Source: an uncultured Alphaproteobacteria bacterium
Lineage (GTDB): Bacteria; Pseudomonadota; Alphaproteobacteria; Rhizobiales; Xanthobacteraceae
DNA length: 64,000 nucleotides
Direction: 5' to 3'
Assembly (NCBI GenBank): GCA_963831515.1
Contig: CAWHQL010000001.1
Location: 78,555 to 142,554 of the forward strand
Below, piece after piece: positions 1 through 9,706 of this stretch. The translations under genes were made by a program, and so were the position numbers. The notes below the pieces were generated by a model. That model was not told where the DNA came from and did no database searches. It saw only the letters and a list, made by a program, of their open reading frames with translations. Within the stretch, counting starts at the first letter, position 1. Each line of letters opens with the position of its first letter.

Positions 1-239
1 AAGCTCGATTTCACGGTGGCAAACAAAGCGATGATCGACTCGCGCTTGGACACGTCCGTCGGCACGGCCAGCGCCTGTGCGCCCACGGCGTTGACTTCGC
101 CGGCGACCTTGTCGAGCATTTCCTTGCGGCGACCCGCCAGAACAATGTTGTAGCCGGCCTTGGCGAGCGCGATCGACACCGCACGCCCCACGCCGGTTCC
201 GGCTCCTGTCACCAACGCAACTTTCGCGGACGCAGCCAT
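1..239 (-). CDS. short-chain dehydrogenase/reductase (SDR), N-terminal part; 3' end runs off the window
   Basis: Not in the ORF track because it is truncated. Reverse-complement translation from the ATG at 239 gives [42 protein letters not shown]..., which has the TGxxxGxG Rossmann motif typical of SDRs. Confidence 0.7.
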   Translation of the reverse strand, partial: MAASAKVALVTGAGTGVGRAVSIALAKAGYNIVLAGRRKEMLDKVAGEVNAVGAQALAVPTDVSKRESIIALFATVKSS

Positions 240-338
240 TCGGATGTCCTTTCCATGACAAAACTTGGAGACGCCCGCATATCATAAAAGCGAGCACGCG
301 CGCCATCGTTCGCGCACGCAAAGCGAGTGGCGGAATAT

Positions 339-2609
339 CTAGCTGGCGAGCGCGGTGACTTCGGTGGGCAGAAATGCCCCCGGCGATTGCAGGCGCGCGC
401 TGATTTCGGCGACCGTCACCGGCCTGCCGAAGCGGAAGCCCTGCATCGAATGGACGCCGGCCGCGCGCAGGAAGAGCTGCTGGTCGGCTGTCTCCACGCC
501 TTCCGCGGTGACCTGCATGCCGAGGCCGCGCCCGAGGCTGACGATCGCGTGCACGATGGCCGCGGCATCGGAGGCCGTTTCGATCGATCGCACGAAACTG
601 CGGTCGATCTTGAGTTTGTCGAACGGAAAGCGGCGCAGATAGAGCAAGCTTGAATAGCCGGTGCCGAAATCGTCGAGCGCAAGCCGCACGCCGAGCGCCT
701 TGAGGCGCACCATGGCGGCCTCCGCGGTGTCCACGTTGCCGAGCAAGACGCTTTCGGTCAGTTCAAGTTCGAGACGTGTCGGATTGAAGCGCGTTTCGCG
801 CAAGATCTTCTCGACGACCTCGACGAAATCAATGCGCCGGAATTGAAGTGACGACACGTTGACCGCAATGGTGAGATCCGGCCACGCCCTGCCGTCCAAG
901 CAGGCCCTGCGCAGCACCCAGTTTCCGAGATCGATGATCAAGCCGCTGTGCTCGGCAATGGCGATGAATTCGCTCGGCGGTATTTCGCCGCGCGTCGGAT
1001 GCGTCCAGCGGCAGAGCGCCTCGACACCGACGACCTTTTCGCCACTCTTGTTGACGACCGGCTGGTACACAAGCTGCAGGCGGCCGTTCTCGATCGCCTC
1101 GCGCAAATCGGCTTCGAGCAGTTTGCGGCTCGAGAGATCGGCATCCATTGCCGCGTCGTAGATGCAGGCGCGATTGCGGCCTTCATTCTTCGCGCGATAG
1201 AGCGCCATATCGGCGTAGCGCATGATGTCGGTTGCGGTCCCGCACTTGTTGTCGACCATCGCAATACCGAGCGAGGCACCGATGATGATATTCTGCCCAT
1301 TGATGATGTAGGGAGCGCAGATTGCACCGATGATGCGCTGCGCCAGGGCCATCATCTGTTCGCTGTCGCCCGCGATCGAGGAGATGACCGCGAACTCATC
1401 GCCGCCGAGGCGTGCGACCAGATCGCCGCCGCGCAGCGTGTGCGAGAGGCGCAGCGTCACGTTGCGGATGAGCTCGTCGCCTACGTGGTGGCCGAGCGTA
1501 TCGTTGACGTCCTTGAAGTGATCGAGGTCGATGTAGAAGACGGCTGCGGGTGCGGTACCGGCGCGCACTTCCTCGATCACCGCTTCCAAACGTTCCCCGA
1601 AATAGATCCGGTTAGGCAGGCCGCACAGCGGATCGTGCATGGCGAGATGGCGCAGGCGCGACTCGCCGGCGGCGATGGCTGCCGCCGTCCGGCGCATATA
1701 GCGCAGCACGAAAGCGGCGAGCAACGCGAAGCCGATGAGTGCGACTGCGATGAACGGCACCACGTTGTGGACGATTTCGGCGCCCGGCTGCTTCGGTGTC
1801 CAGGCAAAACGGCCGATGACCTTGCCGTCCGAGTCGTTCAGATCAAAAGCGAGATCGCCGACCGGCACTGGATCCTGATCGAGCTTGCGCAGATTGTTGA
1901 GTTGCAATTGTCCGGCGATGCGCGAGAGCACTCCGTCGTCGATGAATTTCACCGACACGAGGATTGGCGCAACACCGTCGATCGATGCCGGAATGCTATC
2001 GCTCGGACCGACGACAACCGCCGCGATCACGGCGGGCCGGCCCATCAGGCGACGGATCACGGCCGTTTGCCGGTGCGCGCCGTGCTCGGCCGGGTTCACC
2101 TGGTTGAGACGGATCGCGCCCGGCGGGCTCTGATCGCGACCACGCATGAAGTCGATGACCGGAGCGAGTCCGGGGCGAGCGGCCGCGAGCCATTTCGCAT
2201 CGGCCGGGCGATGATCGACCAAAGAGTAGACCATCCTGTCACTGCGATCGAAGACGAAGACGTAGTCGTGATCGAAGTACGCTTCCAGCCACGTGCCGAC
2301 GCGTTGATTGACCCAATCGTAATCGAACGACTGGCGAATGTGCTGGATCGCGCCATCCGAGGAGGCGACGCTTTCCGCTTCGCGCAAAACGCGCTCGCCG
2401 TAGTTGGTGAGCGCGCGCGAGAACATCTGTCTCTCATGATCGACGGCAACCACGTCCGCGCGCTGGGCCGACGACAAAACGGCGACGACGATGCAAATGA
2501 TCGCAACGGCGACGATGACGCCAATCGGGACAACCACGCTCAGCCGAGCGCGATCCCAACTGGTGTATTGTCGCGCATCGGAAGCGCGCGAACGAGCCAC
2601 AGCCGACAC
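339..2609 (-). CDS. membrane-anchored sensor diguanylate cyclase/phosphodiesterase (CHASE4-like periplasmic domain + GGDEF + EAL)
   Basis: 756-aa ORF with a GTG start. Has an N-terminal TM segment, a periplasmic segment and a second TM. RLGGDEFAV motif with RGGD (RxxD I-site) 5 residues upstream. EAL motifs VEALCRW, DDFGTGYSSL and KIDRSFV are present. Confidence 0.9.
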   Translation of the reverse strand: MSAVARSRASDARQYTSWDRARLSVVVPIGVIVAVAIICIVVAVLSSAQRADVVAVDHERQMFSRALTNYGERVLREAESVASSDGAIQHIRQSFDYDWVNQRVGTWLEAYFDHDYVFVFDRSDRMVYSLVDHRPADAKWLAAARPGLAPVIDFMRGRDQSPPGAIRLNQVNPAEHGAHRQTAVIRRLMGRPAVIAAVVVGPSDSIPASIDGVAPILVSVKFIDDGVLSRIAGQLQLNNLRKLDQDPVPVGDLAFDLNDSDGKVIGRFAWTPKQPGAEIVHNVVPFIAVALIGFALLAAFVLRYMRRTAAAIAAGESRLRHLAMHDPLCGLPNRIYFGERLEAVIEEVRAGTAPAAVFYIDLDHFKDVNDTLGHHVGDELIRNVTLRLSHTLRGGDLVARLGGDEFAVISSIAGDSEQMMALAQRIIGAICAPYIINGQNIIIGASLGIAMVDNKCGTATDIMRYADMALYRAKNEGRNRACIYDAAMDADLSSRKLLEADLREAIENGRLQLVYQPVVNKSGEKVVGVEALCRWTHPTRGEIPPSEFIAIAEHSGLIIDLGNWVLRRACLDGRAWPDLTIAVNVSSLQFRRIDFVEVVEKILRETRFNPTRLELELTESVLLGNVDTAEAAMVRLKALGVRLALDDFGTGYSSLLYLRRFPFDKLKIDRSFVRSIETASDAAAIVHAIVSLGRGLGMQVTAEGVETADQQLFLRAAGVHSMQGFRFGRPVTVAEISARLQSPGAFLPTEVTALAS

Positions 2610-2839
2610 GGTTGGAGTCCCTTAAAGCGTCCTGCCCATTAGCTTTTTCGAGCCGGAAGCTAGGGAATAATACTTGCTATTCGCTTTCGTTCACCAATAA
2701 GTCGGCGCAGTTTGGCTCGGGAACCTGCAATTCGCCCGGCTCTGTTAACTGGCAGTAAAAGAATTCTTCGCGGTGCGCGCGGCTTAATTAATTAATTGGA
2801 AAGCGCAAATTTATTCGGTGATTTAGCGATCGCCGTCGC

Positions 2840-3586
2840 TCAAGTGGAACTGCGGTAGGGCGGCCGCGGAATTGCGATGTGCGCGGCGCGCAGCGCCGAC
2901 GACCAGCGTTCGCGCAAGTCCAGGAAGTAGGGCTCGCCTGGCTCGATGCGGTAGTTCACCTCCGCCTGGCATGAGTCCCGGCGCACGACCAGGATATCGA
3001 TCGGCAGACCGACACCGAGATTGGAACGCATGGTCGAATCCATGGAGATCAGGCCGATCTTCAGTGCATCGTAAAGATCGGTGTCGAAGGCGATGGCGCG
3101 GTCGAGAACCGGTTTGCCGTATTTGTGCTCGCCGATCTGAAGATAGGGCGTATCGATGGTGCACTCGATGAAATTCCCGGCCGAGTAGATCATGAACAAC
3201 TGCAGCCGGCCGCCCCTGATCTGACCACCGAACAGAAACGCGACTTCATGATCGACTTCCGCGGCGTCCAGAACCTTGCCTTCTGCGAACTGCAGGTTGC
3301 GGATTGTCCGTCCGATGCGTTGCGCTGCCTGGAACATCGTCGGCGCGTTCATTAGCGTTTCGATCTCGCCCGTGTCCGGATTTTGCACGCCTTCGGTCAG
3401 GGTCGAGCGCACCGACTGGCTGAGCGACAGGTTTCCGGAGGAGGCAAGCGCCAGAATGCGTTCACCCGGCTGCGAATAGACATGCAGCTTGCGGAACGTG
3501 GAGACGTTGTCGAGGCCCGCGTTGGTGCGCGTATCCGCAACCATGACGAGACCGGCTTGGACGAGAATTCCGCAACAATAGGTCAT
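2840..3586 (-). CDS. Anbu-type proteasome beta-subunit homologue (T1 N-terminal nucleophile peptidase)
   Basis: 248 aa beginning MTYCCGILVQAGLVMVADTRTNAG, with Thr directly after the initiator Met as in Anbu. Last gene of the ATP-grasp/alpha-E/transglutaminase neighbourhood. Confidence 0.85.
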   Translation of the reverse strand: MTYCCGILVQAGLVMVADTRTNAGLDNVSTFRKLHVYSQPGERILALASSGNLSLSQSVRSTLTEGVQNPDTGEIETLMNAPTMFQAAQRIGRTIRNLQFAEGKVLDAAEVDHEVAFLFGGQIRGGRLQLFMIYSAGNFIECTIDTPYLQIGEHKYGKPVLDRAIAFDTDLYDALKIGLISMDSTMRSNLGVGLPIDILVVRRDSCQAEVNYRIEPGEPYFLDLRERWSSALRAAHIAIPRPPYRSST

Positions 3587-3656
3587 GTGATTTTTTTACT
3601 AGAAATCCGGACACGAGTTATAGCGATGCGAGTGACCTTTCGGCAATGCATCACTT

Positions 3657-4484
3657 TCAATTCTGAATCTGTTGACGCGCCTGGGCCACACGTACAGCTA
3701 CCGTCAGGGTTTCGCCGGCACCCCCGTAGCGGGTGCCCCGCACCGGCGCGGCCCCAAGGTAATCCAGACCCACCGCCACCCGCACATGGGCATCAGTGGT
3801 GGAGATGCCATTGGTCGGGTCGAAGCCGACCCAGCCCAGATTCTCGATAAAGGCCTCCGCCCAGGCGTGGCCGGCCTCCTGCGACGTTACGCCGTCGACG
3901 CGGTGGAAGTGGCCCCCCACGTAGCGCGCCGGGATGCCGAGGGATCGCGCCGCCGCCACAAAAATATGGGTGATGTCCTGACAGACGCCTCGCCGCAGCG
4001 CGAACGCTTCCGCGGCGGTCGTGGCGGTGTGGGTGGGATCGGTGTCGAAGGCGATTTCGCGATTGAGCCCTTTGAGAAGCGCGTGCAGCAGCGCCAGATT
4101 GTCGCCGCGCGTATCGGCGCGGATTGCTGTCGCGAACTGGGTGATCGTGTGGTCTGCATGGGTCAGCGATGTCTCGCGCAGAAAGAGCTGGGGCGGAAAA
4201 CGTTCGACGGCACCCTCGACGCGGCCGTTGGTGTCCTGCGTGTCGACTTCGCCATTGACCTCGACGCTGAGTTTTTCGAACGGACCCTCGGCCGTGAACG
4301 AATGAATGATGTTGCCGAACGCGTCCTCATGCTGATGCAAAAGACAATCTTCGGACAGATCGACGCGCCAGGACAGGACGTGCTGTCCTTCATGGTCGCG
4401 CGGCGTCAGGCGCAGCAATTGCGTCACGCCGGATGGCGGCGTGTCATAGGTGTAGGTGGTCGCGTGGGAAATGTGAATCCGCAT
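3657..4484 (-). CDS. transglutaminase family protein (Bact_transglu_N + transglutaminase core)
   Basis: 275 aa. MRIHISHATTYTYDTPP N-terminus is typical of the family. Core motif GVCQDITHIF, then HAWAEAF and GFDPTNG, give the Cys-His-Asp triad context. Confidence 0.85.
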   Translation of the reverse strand: MRIHISHATTYTYDTPPSGVTQLLRLTPRDHEGQHVLSWRVDLSEDCLLHQHEDAFGNIIHSFTAEGPFEKLSVEVNGEVDTQDTNGRVEGAVERFPPQLFLRETSLTHADHTITQFATAIRADTRGDNLALLHALLKGLNREIAFDTDPTHTATTAAEAFALRRGVCQDITHIFVAAARSLGIPARYVGGHFHRVDGVTSQEAGHAWAEAFIENLGWVGFDPTNGISTTDAHVRVAVGLDYLGAAPVRGTRYGGAGETLTVAVRVAQARQQIQN

Positions 4485-4529
4485 AATAACGTCAGGCTTC
4501 CGGGACGCGATTGGAGGACAGGGGCCTTT

Positions 4530-4660
4530 GCATTGTCATGCCCGGGCATAGCCGTCCGAAGGACGGCGTGTTTTCGCACGCCTATGTCCCGGGCATCCAC
4601 ATCTTTCTCCTCAGACTAAAGACGTGAATGGCCGGAACAAGTCCGGCCATGACAAAATCT
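4530..4660. repeat. REP-like palindromic intergenic element(s)
   Basis: tgcccgggcatag...ccgtcc gaag ggacgg...ctatgtcccgggca nested inverted repeats. These are followed by aagacgtgaATGGCCGGAacaagTCCGGCCATgacaaa at 4619-4656, whose reverse complement matches 31153-31190 at about 35 of 38 positions. Confidence 0.6.
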
Positions 4661-4723
4661 GAGTGCAACTCACATCCGGAAAAAAGGCAGGCGGGCTCTT
4701 CGTTGGCCTTGACGAGCGGCAAC

Positions 4724-5668
4724 TCATGTCAGGAATTGCTCGGTGATCGAGGCGCCTAGCCGGTTGTTTTCGAGAATAAACTCGCCGATGAACTCGTGCA
4801 GGCCGCGCTGAAAAATTCCATCCATCCGGCTGTTCTGCAACCGCGTGCGAATGCCGCGTGCCTGCCGTTGCGTCGGGCCTTGCCGGCCATAGGCGCCGGC
4901 GATCGAATCGAGATTGCGCACGATGGCCTCGTAGCAGGATGAAAGCGAACGTGGCATCTCATCGCGCAGGATCAGAAGGTCGGCGACCAGCCAGGGCTTC
5001 AGGCTCTCGCGATAGACCCAGTGATAGGCCGTAAGCGCCGACACCGAACGCAGGATCGCGGCCCACTGGAAATAATCCAGCGGTCCGCCGACACGCTCGT
5101 TTTCCGGCAGTAGCAGATGATATTTGACATCAAGGATGCGCGCGGTGTTGTCGGCGCGCTCGACGTAAACGCCCAGCCGCGAAAACCAGTAGGCGTCGTT
5201 GCGCAGCATGGTGCGGTAGGCGGAGCCGTCGAAACGCAGGGACAACTCCTGCACCCAACGGAGAAACCGTGAAAATTCTTCGCGCGAAGTCGGGCCGTTG
5301 CCATAGCGCTTGAGCTCGAGCCAGGTGCCGTTGATGGCGTCCCACATTTCCATTGTCAGGGCGGTGCGCACGGCGCGCGCGTTGCCGCGGGCAAGCTCGA
5401 AGCAGGAGCGGATCGATGAGGAATTGGCGGTGGAGAAGGCGAGAAAATCGGTGACGTTCTCCTCGTTGGCTTCGTCATAGAGTTTGAAGAACGCGTTGGC
5501 GCAGCCCGCGGTCGCGACCGCGGATTCCCATTCATTGCTGGCGCCGACATAGGCGAGGGGAAGCGCCGACAGACGCTGCGTGGCATCGAGAATGCGCGCA
5601 AGATATTCCGCGCGTTCGACGTAACGCGAAAGCCAGTAGAGGTTATCGGCGGTCCGCGAAAGCATCAC
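4724..5668 (-). CDS. alpha-E domain-containing protein (DUF403)
   Basis: 314 aa (GTG at 5668, or ATG at 5665). MLSRTADNLYWLSRYVERAE N-terminus is characteristic of alpha-E proteins. Lies 20 nt downstream of the ATP-grasp gene. Confidence 0.85.
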   Translation of the reverse strand: MMLSRTADNLYWLSRYVERAEYLARILDATQRLSALPLAYVGASNEWESAVATAGCANAFFKLYDEANEENVTDFLAFSTANSSSIRSCFELARGNARAVRTALTMEMWDAINGTWLELKRYGNGPTSREEFSRFLRWVQELSLRFDGSAYRTMLRNDAYWFSRLGVYVERADNTARILDVKYHLLLPENERVGGPLDYFQWAAILRSVSALTAYHWVYRESLKPWLVADLLILRDEMPRSLSSCYEAIVRNLDSIAGAYGRQGPTQRQARGIRTRLQNSRMDGIFQRGLHEFIGEFILENNRLGASITEQFLT

Positions 5669-5687
5669 ACATCCGAGAAAAAAGTAG

Positions 5688-7106
5688 TCATCCGTCCAGC
5701 ACCCATGTGTCCTTCGTGCCGCCGCCCTGGCTGGAATTCACCACCAGCGAGCCTTCCTTCAGCGCAACGCGAGTCAATCCGCCCGGCACGATGCGCACGC
5801 CGTCGCGCCCGGTGAGCACGAAGGGCCGCAGGTCGACATGCCGCGGCGCCACGCCTTGCTCGACGCAGGTCGGGCAGGTGGAGAGCGCCAATGTCGGCTG
5901 GGCGATGAAATTCTTCGGAGAGGTCTTCAGCTTGGCGCGGAACTGCTCGATGCCGATCTTGCTCGCGGCGGGCCCGATCAGCATGCCGTAGCCGCCAGAG
6001 CCATGCACTTCCTTCACCACCAACTCATGCAGGTGGTCGAGCACATAAGCGAGGTGTTCTTCTTCGCGGCAGCGCCAGGTCGGCACCGTTTTCAGCAAGG
6101 GCTCTTCGCCGAGATAGAATTTCACGATCGCCGGCATGAAGCTGTAGATCGCCTTGTCGTCGGCGATACCGGTGCCCACCGCATTCGCCAGCGTGACGTT
6201 GCCCGCGGTGTAGGCGGCCATCAGGCCGGCCACACCGAGGGCGGAGTCCGGACGGAAAGTGAGAGGATCGATAAAGTCGTCGTCGATGCGGCGATAGATG
6301 ACATCGACGCGCTGCGGGCCTTGCGTCGTGCGCATGTATGCGACTTCGTCCTTGACGAAGAGATCGCGCCCCTCGACCAATTCGACGCCGAGCTTGTCCG
6401 CAAGGAAGGAATGTTCGTAGTAAGCGGAATTGAACACGCCGGGCGTGAGCAGCACGACATTCGGATCGCGCGACGCCGAGAAAGGCGCCACCGATTTCAA
6501 TGTGGCGAGCAGCTCGTCCGGATAGTTCTCGACCGGCGCGATGCGATGGCGCGAGAACAATTCGGGGAAAAGCCGCATCATGATTTCGCGGTTCTCCAGC
6601 ATGTAGGAAACGCCGGACGGCGTGCGCGCATTGTCTTCGAGGACGTAAAATGTCTCGGCATCGACGCGCACGATGTCGATGCCGGCAACATGCACGTAGA
6701 TATCGTGAGGCACTTTCTGCCCGCTCATCTCGGGACGGAAGGCGGGATTGCGGAAGACGAGATCGTCAGGCACGAGACCGGCGCGCAGGATTTCGCGCGT
6801 ACCGTAGATGTCCTTGATAAAGGCGTTCAGCGCATTGACGCGCTGGGTCAGTCCTTTTTCCAGGAGCCGCCATTCCGCGCCAGCCATGATGCGCGGGATG
6901 ACATCAAACGGGATCAGCCGTTCCTGTGCGTCGGCCTCTCCGTAGACGGCGAAGGTGATGCCTATCCGGCGGAAGATCAGCTCGGCTTCGCGGCGCCGGT
7001 AGTCGAGGACGTCGGGCGGCACATCGGCGAGCCAGCGCGCGAGCTCGCCATAGGCCGGGCGCACGCCGCCGTCCTGTCCCTTCATTTCATCGAAGGCGGC
7101 AACCAT
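5688..7106 (-). CDS. circularly permuted type-2 ATP-grasp protein (DUF404/DUF407)
   Basis: The track ORF runs 5688..7202. The likely start is the internal ATG at 7106 (MVAAFDEMKGQDGGVRPAYGELARWL). About 472 aa, the typical length and N-terminus for the family, and first gene of the module. Confidence 0.85.
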   Translation of the reverse strand: MVAAFDEMKGQDGGVRPAYGELARWLADVPPDVLDYRRREAELIFRRIGITFAVYGEADAQERLIPFDVIPRIMAGAEWRLLEKGLTQRVNALNAFIKDIYGTREILRAGLVPDDLVFRNPAFRPEMSGQKVPHDIYVHVAGIDIVRVDAETFYVLEDNARTPSGVSYMLENREIMMRLFPELFSRHRIAPVENYPDELLATLKSVAPFSASRDPNVVLLTPGVFNSAYYEHSFLADKLGVELVEGRDLFVKDEVAYMRTTQGPQRVDVIYRRIDDDFIDPLTFRPDSALGVAGLMAAYTAGNVTLANAVGTGIADDKAIYSFMPAIVKFYLGEEPLLKTVPTWRCREEEHLAYVLDHLHELVVKEVHGSGGYGMLIGPAASKIGIEQFRAKLKTSPKNFIAQPTLALSTCPTCVEQGVAPRHVDLRPFVLTGRDGVRIVPGGLTRVALKEGSLVVNSSQGGGTKDTWVLDG

Positions 7107-7348
7107 TCCCGGCCCCCACTGACAGCCGCTTATGCAACGCTTGTTCCGACCTAACGTTCGTAGCTTTCCACAGTTCACCATTGCAAGCTTCAGGCCAAGC
7201 AAAAGTGCTGCGAAAACGGTAGTTTAGGAGGGTCACCCGGGCGCCGATAATGCCTTTGCCTAATAAATAAGCGGGTACAGGACCCCATGGCTTGAGCGGG
7301 TGCCAACGTCACGCTACGTCTCGTGCTCTGCCGAAAAAGGACTGCGTC

Positions 7349-8113
7349 ATGAGTGCCAAGCCCGACATCGTCACCGCTGCCGTGCTGGTGATAGGCGACG
7401 AGATTCTGTCGGGGCGCACCAAGGACAAGAATATCGGCTACATCGCCGACTACCTCACCGCGATCGGCATCGATCTGAAGGAAGTGCGGGTGGTCGCCGA
7501 CGATGCTCCGGAAATCGTCGAAGCGCTCGACGCCCTGCGTGCGAAATATACCTACGTGTTCACCACCGGTGGCATCGGGCCGACGCACGACGACATCACG
7601 GCCGATTGCGTGGCCGAAGCTTTCGGGACCGCGCTGGAATTCCACCCTGAAGCCGTCGCCATCCTGAAGGAGCGTCTCGCCAAGACCGGCGGCGAACTCA
7701 ACGAGGCGCGCATGCGCATGGCGCGCATCCCGCGCGGCGCGAGCCTTGTCGCCAACAAGGTCTCGGGTGCGCCCGGCTTCTGGATCGGCAATGTCATCAC
7801 CATGGCCGGGATTCCGGCGGTGATGCAGGCGATGCTTGATGAAGTCGCGCCGAAATTGAAAACAGGCATGAAGCTGCTGTCGGAAACGATCCGCGCCGAT
7901 GCCAAGGAAGGCGACGTCGGCACCGAACTCGGCGCCATCGCCAAGGCGCATCCGGAGACGATCATCGGCAGCTATCCGTTCATCGACGAGAAGAGCGGCC
8001 CGAACACGAACATCGTGGTGCGCTCGCGCGATGCGGACAAGCTCGCGGTGGTGAAAGCCGAGGTCGAAGGTATGCTGAAGAAGGTGAAAGCGCAGCTTTC
8101 GACGGCGCGCTAG
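7349..8113 (+). CDS. CinA-like / molybdopterin-binding (MoCF_biosynth) domain protein
   Basis: ATG at 7349 with AAGGA 9 nt upstream. [28 protein letters not shown]...[13 protein letters not shown] motifs. Confidence 0.75.
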   Translation: MSAKPDIVTAAVLVIGDEILSGRTKDKNIGYIADYLTAIGIDLKEVRVVADDAPEIVEALDALRAKYTYVFTTGGIGPTHDDITADCVAEAFGTALEFHPEAVAILKERLAKTGGELNEARMRMARIPRGASLVANKVSGAPGFWIGNVITMAGIPAVMQAMLDEVAPKLKTGMKLLSETIRADAKEGDVGTELGAIAKAHPETIIGSYPFIDEKSGPNTNIVVRSRDADKLAVVKAEVEGMLKKVKAQLSTAR

Positions 8114-8121
8114 AATTGCCT

Positions 8122-8643
8122 ATGGCGAAACCGCAAGCCGAAAATTCACCGAGATCTGACAAGATCTTTCCCGTTTCGTGGGATCAGTTTCACCGCGACT
8201 CGCGCGCGCTCGCGTGGCGCCTGCATGAGTCCGGGCCGTTCGAGGCAATCGTCTGCATCACGCGCGGCGGCCTTGTTCCTGCGGCCATTGTCGCGCGCGA
8301 GCTGAATGTAAGGATGATCGAAACGGTCTCTGTGCTGAGCTACCGCGACTACAATAATCAAGGAGACGTCAAGGTCCTCAAGGGCATCGCGCCCGAGGTG
8401 AAGGACCTGCAAGCGAAGGGGAAGGGCGTTCTCATCGTCGACGATCTGGTCGACACTGGCAAAACCGCCCGTGTCGTGCGCGACATGTTGCCGAAGGCGC
8501 ATTTCGCGACCGTCTACGCAAAGCCGATGGGTCGGCCATTGGTGGACACCTTCATCACCGAAGTGTCACAGGACACCTGGATCTATTTTCCATGGGATAC
8601 GGGTCTCGCGTTCCAGCCGCCGATCCGCGAGGGTGGGGACTAG
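8122..8643 (+). CDS. gpt: xanthine-guanine phosphoribosyltransferase
   Basis: [19 protein letters not shown]...[16 protein letters not shown]...[14 protein letters not shown]...[35 protein letters not shown] is collinear with E. coli Gpt. The track start at 8116 is TTG; ATG at 8122 is preferred. Confidence 0.9.
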   Translation: MAKPQAENSPRSDKIFPVSWDQFHRDSRALAWRLHESGPFEAIVCITRGGLVPAAIVARELNVRMIETVSVLSYRDYNNQGDVKVLKGIAPEVKDLQAKGKGVLIVDDLVDTGKTARVVRDMLPKAHFATVYAKPMGRPLVDTFITEVSQDTWIYFPWDTGLAFQPPIREGGD

Positions 8644-8719
8644 AGGCGTCTTAGCGGCCGGACTTAAAGTATTTTCGCAGATACGGTTCATCGATAGCGC
8701 GGGAAGTGGAGTAAACGGA

Positions 8720-9706
8720 ATGCTGACACGACGTCACTTGCTCGCCGGGGCTGCCGCGCTCGCCGCAGGTGTTCCGGGTGCCGGCGCCCAATCGAACTTT
8801 GCGAGCCAGCCGATCCATATTCTTGTCGGCTACGCGGCCGGTGGCGGGGTCGATATCGTGGCGCGGTTGCTGCAGGAACCGATGAAGGCGGCACTCGGCC
8901 AGCCGATCATCATCGAGAACCGCACGGGTGCGAGCGCGATGCTCGCAACAGGCGCTGTCGCGAAGGCGCCGCCCGACGGCTACATGCTGCTGATGGCGGC
9001 CTCCGGGGAGGTTGCGATCAATCATTTTCTCTTCAAGGAGAAGATGGCCTACGACCCGGTGAAGGAGCTTGTGCCGATCGCCATGATCGGCAGCGTGCCG
9101 TGTGTCGTTGTCGTCGCCGATGCGACGCCGGTGCGCAATCCGAAAGAGCTGATCGCTTACGCCAAGGCCAATCCGGGCAAGCTGTCGTTCTCGTCGTCGG
9201 GTATCGGCAATCCGCAGCAGCTGGCCGGCGAACTGATGAACAGCATGGCCGGAATCCAGGTCCTGCACGTGCCCTATCGCGGCTCCGCCCCGGCGGTTAC
9301 GGATGTCGCAACCGGTGCCGTCACCATGAGCTTTGCAAGTCTCGCTGCGGCGCTGCCGTTGATGCAGGCCGGAAAGATTTGCGCGATCGCGGTCACCTCA
9401 CGTGAGCGAATGCCGCAATTGCCTGACGTCGCGCCGTTGAACGAAGGCTCGCCCGGTCTTGCGGAATACGAGTTACTCAACTGGTTTGCCATGTTCGGCA
9501 CGGGCGGCACGCCGTCCGAGATCGTCGAGCGTCTGAACGCGATCGTGAATACGGCGCTCAGGGACCCGGCCATCGCCGACAAATTGCTGCCGCAGGGTAT
9601 CGTGCCGAAGCCAATGAAGGTTGCCGAGTTCAAGGCTTTCGTCGAAGCCGAGCGCACGAAATTCGGAAAGATTGTCGAGCAGGCCAATATCAAATTGAGC
9701 AACTGA
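8720..9706 (+). CDS. Bug-family (TctC-like) tripartite tricarboxylate transporter substrate-binding protein
   Basis: ATG at 8720 after GGAG. Tat/Sec-like signal MLTRRHLLAGAAALAAGVPGAGAQ. About 328 aa with family-typical motifs (VGYAAGGGVDIVARL, HVPYRGSAPAVTDV). Confidence 0.85.
   Translation: MLTRRHLLAGAAALAAGVPGAGAQSNFASQPIHILVGYAAGGGVDIVARLLQEPMKAALGQPIIIENRTGASAMLATGAVAKAPPDGYMLLMAASGEVAINHFLFKEKMAYDPVKELVPIAMIGSVPCVVVVADATPVRNPKELIAYAKANPGKLSFSSSGIGNPQQLAGELMNSMAGIQVLHVPYRGSAPAVTDVATGAVTMSFASLAAALPLMQAGKICAIAVTSRERMPQLPDVAPLNEGSPGLAEYELLNWFAMFGTGGTPSEIVERLNAIVNTALRDPAIADKLLPQGIVPKPMKVAEFKAFVEAERTKFGKIVEQANIKLSN

Noticed and set aside
948-2642. 564-aa plus-strand ORF antisense to the GGDEF-EAL gene. 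Similar long shadow ORFs occur at 5838..7154(+), 10764..11996(-), 26061..27203(+), 43579..44358(+) and 55094..55777(-).
   Set aside because: They lie entirely opposite genes with clear family motifs. Their composition is Arg/Ala/Gly/Asp-rich, as expected from antisense translation of GC-rich coding DNA. They have no RBS and no recognisable motifs.
2784-2797. (TTAA)x3 microrepeat, ttaattaattaatt, considered as a possible CtrA box or repeat element.
   Set aside because: It is contiguous TTAA units, not TTAA-N7-TTAA. A single short AT-rich patch in an intergenic region is most simply part of a promoter or terminator region.
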